DNA of 64,000 nt from Saprospiraceae bacterium (GTDB lineage: Bacteria > Bacteroidota > Bacteroidia > Chitinophagales > Saprospiraceae): NCBI GenBank assembly GCA_016715105.1, contig JADKBO010000004.1, positions 5,159-69,158 on the forward strand. Direction: 5' to 3'. This document shows positions 58,613 through 64,000 of this stretch, piece by piece. Positions within the stretch are counted from its first letter, which is position 1, and each line of letters opens with the position of its first letter. The position numbers were made by a program, and so were the translations under genes. Under the pieces are notes generated by a model, which was not told the origin of the DNA, made no database searches, and worked only from the letters and a program-made list of their open reading frames with translations.

Positions 58613-58637
58613 TAACTCTATAAAACCAATAGAGTTA
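58613..58637. promoter_or_regulatory. Perfect 9-bp inverted repeat upstream of the sulfate assimilation operon (candidate operator)
   Basis: taactctat (58613-58621), a 7-nt spacer aaaacca, then atagagtta (58629-58637). It lies about 85-110 nt upstream of the sir start codon on the minus strand. Confidence 0.35.
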
Positions 58638-58834
58638 GTAAAATTAGCACATTAAAAAAACATTAAAATTTGTTAATCCTTGATAATCAATCAAATTTAG
58701 ATTGGAATAAATGTTAAGATAATTTGAAAATGAGTAAGAATGCCTTGAAAGATGTATTTTAAGAATACATTTGTTCATGTTGGCTTTCTGTTTTAGAATC
58801 CAATCATAATTTATAATTTCAGTCGCGAGTTTTT

Positions 58835-61345
58835 ATGAGAAAAATGTTGATTTTCCTATTGTTGGCCGGGTTTTTTACTGCCCAAGGCCAATCTCCAAAA
58901 GCCATTACTACGGGAAATATTTATAAGTCAATCCAAAATCTCAATTTTTTGGGAACCGTTTTATACGTGGCGGCACACCCAGACGATGAAAATACCAGGT
59001 TGATTTCCTATTGCGTCAATGAGTTGAATGCGGATACTTATTATTTATCCTTGACGAGAGGAGATGGTGGTCAAAACTTAATAGGTCCTGAGATTAGAGA
59101 ACTTTTGGGCGTTTTAAGAACCGAGGAACTTTTGGCAGCAAGAAGAGTCGATGGCGGAAAACAAATGTTTACAAGAGCAAATGATTTTGGATATTCAAAA
59201 AATGCTGAAGAAACCATCAATATTTGGGATAGTGATAAAGTAAAACATGACGTTGTTTGGGCAATAAGAAAAGTTAAACCAGACGTGATCATTAATAGAT
59301 TTGACCATCGTACGAGTGGTTCTACCCACGGTCACCATACTGCTTCGGCGATGTTGGCTTATGAACTTTTTGATCGTTCTGGTGATAAAACCGCCTTTCC
59401 TGAACAATTAAAACATGTTTCCACTTGGACACCCAATCGACTTTTCTTCAATACTTCTTTTTGGTTTTACGGTAGTCAAGAAAAATTTGACCAAGCAGAT
59501 AAATCAAATTTAGCAATGGTAGATGTGGGAGGATACTTTCCATTATTAGGCCTTTCTAATGGAGAAATTGCGGCCTTATCTAGAAGCAATCATAAATGTC
59601 AGGGCTTTGGAAGTGCTGGCTCTAGAGGCTCACAATCTGAATATTTGGAGTTGTTGAGGGGAAACATGCCAAAGAATAAATCAGACATATTTGAAGGCAT
59701 TAATACCACCTGGACAAGAGTAAAAGGTGGAGAAGCCATCCTAGCCATCATGTCACGCGTTCAAAAGAATTTTGATTTCAATAATCCATCTGCAAGTGTC
59801 AAAGATTTGATCGAGGCAAGAAAACTCATAGCAGCTTTGGGTGATGAATTCTGGCGCACCAAAAAACTGCGTGAAATTGATAACGTCATTGCCTCATGTT
59901 TGGGATTATTTGTAGAGGCAAGTGCCCAAGCAAATTATGCTACTCCAGGAGATTCCATGCGAGTTGATTTTGAAGTGGTCATGCAAAACAAAGGTCAGGT
60001 CAAATTGACTGGGATATCTCTTTTGCCCATTGGAAAAAGTCGCGATTTTGATTCTTTACTTACCGCTAATGAAAAATTATTCTTAAGCGAAAAAGTAATG
60101 GTTTCTTCAGATATGGATTTTACTTCTCCATATTGGTTGAGAAAAAAGGGAACCGATGGCATCTACCATGTTGATAATCCACTATGGATTGGTCTGCCAG
60201 AAACACCAAGACCCATTCAAGCCAAGTTTGATTTGATCATCAATGGAAGCAAAGTGTCATTTGTAAAGGATTTGATCTATAAGTACACCGACTCAGAAAA
60301 GGGAGAAGTTTATCAACCCTTTGAGATTTTACCAGAGTTTAGTGTCAAAACTAAAGAAGGGGTGATGGTTTTTTCCGACACCAAGTCAAAAGAAATTGAA
60401 ATCGAAGTAAAAGCTTATGCTGCTGAAGCCAATGCAACCTTAACTTTGGAGGTCCCTCAAGGTTGGAAAATATCACCATCGATCATCCAAATTGGAAAGC
60501 TACAACAGAATCAGACAGCGAGTTTCAAGTTTAGTTTGACTCCGCCAGAAATGACCTCAATAGGTACTTTGATTCCAGTATTAACAGCTGGTGGAAAAAA
60601 TTACAAAGACGAAGTAATTGAAATAGACTATGCCCATGTGCCACTCCAGCGAGTGATAAAACCTGCCGAAACCAGTCTGTCAAGAATCAATATAAAAAGG
60701 TCAGGAGATCGGGTGGCTTATTTGATGGGTACTGGAGATGATATACCTGCTAGTCTTAAACAGATCGGTTACAACGTAGACCTTATTAATGTGGATGATA
60801 TTACAGCCGCAAAGTTGTCACAATATGATGCATTGATCATGGGAATCAGGGCTTACAACAAATATGATGATCTCAAATTTAAACAATCGATCATTTTTGA
60901 TTTTGTAAAACAAGGAGGTAATTTCATCGTCCAATACAATACGATGGGAAGGGATTTGGTGATGAGAGAAGATGAAATGATGCCCTATCCATTTAAAATT
61001 TCCCGGGAGCGAGTGACTAAAGAGGATGCAAAGGTCACCTTCCTTGCACCAGAGCATGAGATTTTGCAGGTTCCCAACAAGATTACACAAGAAGACTTTG
61101 AAGGATGGGTTCAAGAAAGGGGGTTGTATTTTCCTGGGGAATGGTCTGATCAATTTACGCCTATTTTATCTTGCAATGACCCTGGAGAACCTCCGAGAAA
61201 TGGTGGGTTACTAGTCGCACCTTATGGGGAAGGTTATTGCATTTATACAGCATATAGTTGGTTTAGAGAATTGCCAGCTGGAGTGCCAGGAGCTTTCCGT
61301 CTGTTTGCAAATATGATTTCAATGGGTAAAAACAACAGACCGTAA
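58835..61345 (+). CDS. Large PIG-L/LmbE-family deacetylase with a C-terminal class-I glutamine-amidotransferase-like/ThuA-like domain
   Basis: 836 aa with a signal peptide and N-terminal LmbE motifs (VAAHPDDENTRL, LTRGDGGQN, HGHH). The C-terminal region (YDALIMGIRAY...GGNFIVQYN) resembles a ThuA/GATase-like fold. That domain call is tentative. Confidence 0.8.
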   Translation: MRKMLIFLLLAGFFTAQGQSPKAITTGNIYKSIQNLNFLGTVLYVAAHPDDENTRLISYCVNELNADTYYLSLTRGDGGQNLIGPEIRELLGVLRTEELLAARRVDGGKQMFTRANDFGYSKNAEETINIWDSDKVKHDVVWAIRKVKPDVIINRFDHRTSGSTHGHHTASAMLAYELFDRSGDKTAFPEQLKHVSTWTPNRLFFNTSFWFYGSQEKFDQADKSNLAMVDVGGYFPLLGLSNGEIAALSRSNHKCQGFGSAGSRGSQSEYLELLRGNMPKNKSDIFEGINTTWTRVKGGEAILAIMSRVQKNFDFNNPSASVKDLIEARKLIAALGDEFWRTKKLREIDNVIASCLGLFVEASAQANYATPGDSMRVDFEVVMQNKGQVKLTGISLLPIGKSRDFDSLLTANEKLFLSEKVMVSSDMDFTSPYWLRKKGTDGIYHVDNPLWIGLPETPRPIQAKFDLIINGSKVSFVKDLIYKYTDSEKGEVYQPFEILPEFSVKTKEGVMVFSDTKSKEIEIEVKAYAAEANATLTLEVPQGWKISPSIIQIGKLQQNQTASFKFSLTPPEMTSIGTLIPVLTAGGKNYKDEVIEIDYAHVPLQRVIKPAETSLSRINIKRSGDRVAYLMGTGDDIPASLKQIGYNVDLINVDDITAAKLSQYDALIMGIRAYNKYDDLKFKQSIIFDFVKQGGNFIVQYNTMGRDLVMREDEMMPYPFKISRERVTKEDAKVTFLAPEHEILQVPNKITQEDFEGWVQERGLYFPGEWSDQFTPILSCNDPGEPPRNGGLLVAPYGEGYCIYTAYSWFRELPAGVPGAFRLFANMISMGKNNRP

Positions 61346-61431
61346 TGCAAAAAATAAAATGGGACAATGCATATACCTACCTCTTGGTTGCAAATGCGAT
61401 TTACATCATCATTTTCTGGTTATTGATGTAA
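61345..61431 (+). CDS. Candidate 28-aa single-TM micro-protein between the deacetylase and symporter genes (weak call)
   Basis: MQKIKWDNAYTYLLVANAIYIIIFWLLM. Its ATG overlaps the upstream stop (TAATG), and its stop lies 1 nt before the symporter ATG. The call rests on this tight coupling only. Confidence 0.3.
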   Translation: MQKIKWDNAYTYLLVANAIYIIIFWLLM

Positions 61432-61432
61432 T

Positions 61433-63051
61433 ATGGGATTAGCACTGGTTGATTGGATGGTTTTGATCATGACTTTGGGCTTTATAGTAGCCTACGGTAT
61501 TTTTAAAACCAGAGGTAAGCAGGACATGAAGTCCTACATTCAAGGAGGAAAAGAAGCTGGTTGGTTCACCGTTGGTCTTTCGGTGATGGCAACTCAGGCG
61601 AGTGCGATCACCTTTATGTCTACACCAGGACAAGCTTTTCACGATGGTATCGGTTTTGTGCAATTTTACTTTGGCTTACCATTGGCCATGATTTTTATCT
61701 CTTTATTTTTCTTACCGATTTATAGTAAGTTAAACATTGTCACGGCTTATGAATATCTGGAAACCAGATTTGATAATAAAACTCAGGCGCTAACTGCAAG
61801 TCTTTTTTGCTACAAAGAGGATTGTCGGCAGGTATAACCATATATGCTCCAGCGATTATTATGAGTACCATATTGGGTTGGGACCTTAAATTGCTCAATT
61901 TTATAATGGGTACAGTGGTGGTCATTTACACAGTGAGTGGTGGTACGAAAGCTGTAAATGTGACGCATAAACAGCAAATGTTTGTGATCATGGCAGGCAT
62001 GTTCTTTGCCTTTTTCACCATCATAAATTTATTACCAGGTGATATTGGACTTACAAAAGCATTAGACATTGCTAGAATTTCGGGTAAAATGAATGCTTTG
62101 GATTTTTCTATTGATCCCAACAATAGGTATACATTTTGGTCAGGGATTACCGGAGGTTTCTTTTTGGCTTTGTCTTATTTCGGAACAGACCAAAGCCAAG
62201 TTCAACGGTATTTGTCTGCCAAGGATGAGAAGCAGAGTAGGGTAGGCCTCATCATGAATGGCTTGCTAAAAGTGCCCATGCAATTTTTTATATTGCTTTG
62301 TGGGGTGATGCTTTTTGTTTTTTTTCAATTCAATAAAGCTCCTGTATTTTTCAATACCTCAGTAGTTGATGAATTAAAAACGACTGTCCAAAAAGAAAAG
62401 GTCATTGCTGCTGAAAACCAATTGGCACAAATTGTTGATCAGAGAACAAAGGTGTTATTGGCTGAAGAGATAGATGGATCTGCCTTACAAAAACTCAATC
62501 AAGACGAAAAAGTAGTCAGAAATGAGGTAAAGGAAATGATTGCAACTGAGATGCCCAACAGGGAAACCAATGATAAGGATTACGTTTTTATCCATTTTGT
62601 GTTGAGCTTTTTGCCGACTGGACTGATCGGGCTTTTGCTTGCTGTCATTTTTAGTGCAGCCATGTCTTCCACTGCATCAGAATTGAATGCCTTGGCATCG
62701 ACAACAACCATGGATTTATATCGGCGAAATTTTAATAAAGGAGCAACCGACGATCAATGTGTGCGTGCTACTAGAATATTTACAGTGATGTGGGGATGTA
62801 TTGCCGTAGCCTTTGCTTGCTTTGGGACACTTTTTGACAACTTGATCCAATTTGTCAACATTGTGGGTTCTATATTTTATGGAACAGTGCTCGGTATATT
62901 TCTATCAGGATTTTTCTTCAAACAAATAAGATCAAATGCGGTATTCATCGCAGCAATCATTACCCAACTTTCAATCATCGCCATATTTAAGGCAGATATT
63001 GTCAGTTATTTGTGGTTGAATGTCATAGGCAGAAGAAGGTTGGGTAACTAA
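61433..63051 (+). pseudogene. Sodium:solute symporter (SSS family) interrupted by a frameshift and apparently 3'-truncated
   Basis: ORF 61433-61837 ends ...TASLFCYKEDCRQV*, while ORF 61807-63051 begins (L)LQRGLSAGITIYAPAI. Reading A-S-L-F-L-L-Q-R-G-L needs T7 where the sequence has T6 (61803-61808). The C-terminus ends abruptly after LWLNVIG with RRRLGN*. Confidence 0.8.
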
Positions 63052-63070
63052 ATATGACAAAGATGGTTTA

Positions 63071-63598
63071 GTGATCCAACTCAGAGGAGCTAAAACTACT
63101 GAATATCGAGCTGTTATGACGGTGAATGCTGATCTCAAATCTTGTGTTGCTTTGCTTCAAGACATTGAGTCACATCCTCAGTTTATGACCACTGTTAAAT
63201 CTGTAGAATTGTTAAAAGTGTACAATAATAAGGAGTCACTCGTATATAGCGTTATAGATATGCCTTTTCCGATGGGCGACAAGGATTTGGTTTCTAAGGC
63301 TGAATTCATCAATAAACCTGCGGAAAAGAAGGTCATTGTGAAGTTGAAAAGTTTGCCTACTGCATACCCAGCAAAAGATTATGATCGAATGAAAACGGCA
63401 GATGGACAATGGATTTTTGAAACCATTGGTGATAATAAAACAAAAGTAACTTATCAACTAAAATTTGATGAGAGTAATGCCCCAAACTGGGTTGTCAATA
63501 AGTTCGTAGTTGATAATCCCAAAGAAGTTTTGCTTGGCTTTGCAAATTTTGTAAAGAAACCTAAGTACAAAAACGCTGACATTGTCTGGATGAGGTAA
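63071..63598 (+). CDS. START/SRPBCC lipid-binding-domain protein, probably 5'-truncated
   Basis: 175 aa as an ORF from GTG at 63071. The in-frame upstream codons (63029-63070: AEEGWVTKYDKDGLV) still look like the first START strand (W..K.DG..V), but they follow a stop inside the symporter ORF. There is no signal peptide and no normal start. Confidence 0.65.
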   Translation: MIQLRGAKTTEYRAVMTVNADLKSCVALLQDIESHPQFMTTVKSVELLKVYNNKESLVYSVIDMPFPMGDKDLVSKAEFINKPAEKKVIVKLKSLPTAYPAKDYDRMKTADGQWIFETIGDNKTKVTYQLKFDESNAPNWVVNKFVVDNPKEVLLGFANFVKKPKYKNADIVWMR

Positions 63599-64000
63599 TC
63601 AAATGATTTCCTTATATTTTTCTAATATTTCTGATGCAATTTCCGTAGGAACGAAGTTTTTAACATCGCCACCTCCCTTGATGATTTCTCTTACAATGGT
63701 ACTGCTGATGTGAGAAAATTCTGGTTTGCTGATCAAAAAAATGGTCTCTAAATCTTCGCCAATGATGCTGTTGAGTTGAGAAATGGTCTTTTCATAATCA
63801 AAATCTGAGGCATTCCTCAAACCGCGCAAAAGGTAGTGTGCGGAAACTTTTGAGCAATATTTGACAGTAAGCCCTTCAAAATCATCAACCACTACATTGG
63901 GGTAACTCGAAAATTCTCTGAGCAACCACAACTTCCTGGTTTCCAAATCAAATAGAGAAGTCTTGCCAGTATTGACGCCTATTGCGACAAAAACTTTGTC
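63599..64000 (-). CDS. coaD: Phosphopantetheine adenylyltransferase, C-terminal part (5' end beyond window)
   Basis: The frame is open to the window edge (DKVFVAIGVNTGKTSLF...). CoaD motifs are present (LLRGLRNASDFDYE, ISSTIVREI). Confidence 0.9.
   Translation of the reverse strand, partial: DKVFVAIGVNTGKTSLFDLETRKLWLLREFSSYPNVVVDDFEGLTVKYCSKVSAHYLLRGLRNASDFDYEKTISQLNSIIGEDLETIFLISKPEFSHISSTIVREIIKGGGDVKNFVPTEIASEILEKYKEII

Noticed and set aside
58528-58834. SAM/S-box riboswitch in the leader of the sulfate assimilation operon
   Set aside because: No recognisable S-box helices or conserved junction sequence were seen. Only a short palindrome is present, and it is reported separately as a possible operator.
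1-64000. Defence island, secretion-system gene cluster or biosynthetic gene cluster
   Set aside because: No nucleases, methyltransferases, STAND/AAA defence ATPases, cas genes, toxin domains, PKS/NRPS or RiPP precursor-like genes were recognised. The gene content is overwhelmingly conserved housekeeping with tight operon packing.

Overview
This window is an AT-rich chromosomal segment that looks like Bacteroidota. The evidence is a T9SS type-B C-terminal sorting domain, a bacillithiol BshB1 deacetylase, TAnnTTTG-type -7 promoter boxes and several OmpH/TonB/RND envelope genes. Almost all of it is tightly packed housekeeping or core-accessory coding sequence:
- an RND efflux operon (TolC fragment, MFP, pump);
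- a GltD-like flavoprotein plus korAB 2-oxoacid:ferredoxin oxidoreductase operon;
- dusB, bshB1, a TruC-like gene and recN;
- a large reprolysin/LRR secreted protein;
- trkAH and tRNA-Leu(CAA);
- ompH, trmD, an FKBP gene and a TonB-dependent receptor;
- an HMA-AraC regulator with copA;
- an ECF sigma/anti-sigma pair with a T9SS cargo gene;
- glpK-glpD and ftsX;
- a tightly packed fdx-iscX-kdsC-ubiA-maf gene string;
- a seven-gene assimilatory sulfate reduction operon (sir-cysH-fnr-DUF2061-cysC-cysD-cysN);
- a large PIG-L deacetylase with a sodium:solute symporter;
- a START-like gene and coaD.

I found no CRISPR array, transposase, integrase, phage genes or recognisable defence system, and I cannot honestly point to a clear-cut novel multi-gene system.

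The observations most worth a second look are:
1. A 186-bp MITE-like element with 19-bp terminal inverted repeats and an 8-bp target-site duplication, inserted exactly at the copA stop codon.
2. Two different ~47-48-bp tandem-repeat arrays filling one intergenic region (4770-5170).
3. A recurrent pattern of single-nucleotide frameshifts in otherwise conserved genes. The affected genes are a DEAD-box helicase, the symporter, the ECF sigma tail and a DUF4160/DUF2442-XRE pair. There is also an apparent deletion junction between the symporter and the START gene.
4. Operon architectures that imply dedicated electron-transfer modules: the GltD-like/ferredoxin fusion with KorAB, and FNR plus DUF2061 embedded in the sulfate operon.
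5. An HMA-domain AraC regulator with tandem repeats upstream of copA.

All functional calls come from motif-level reading of the translated ORFs. No database search was run.
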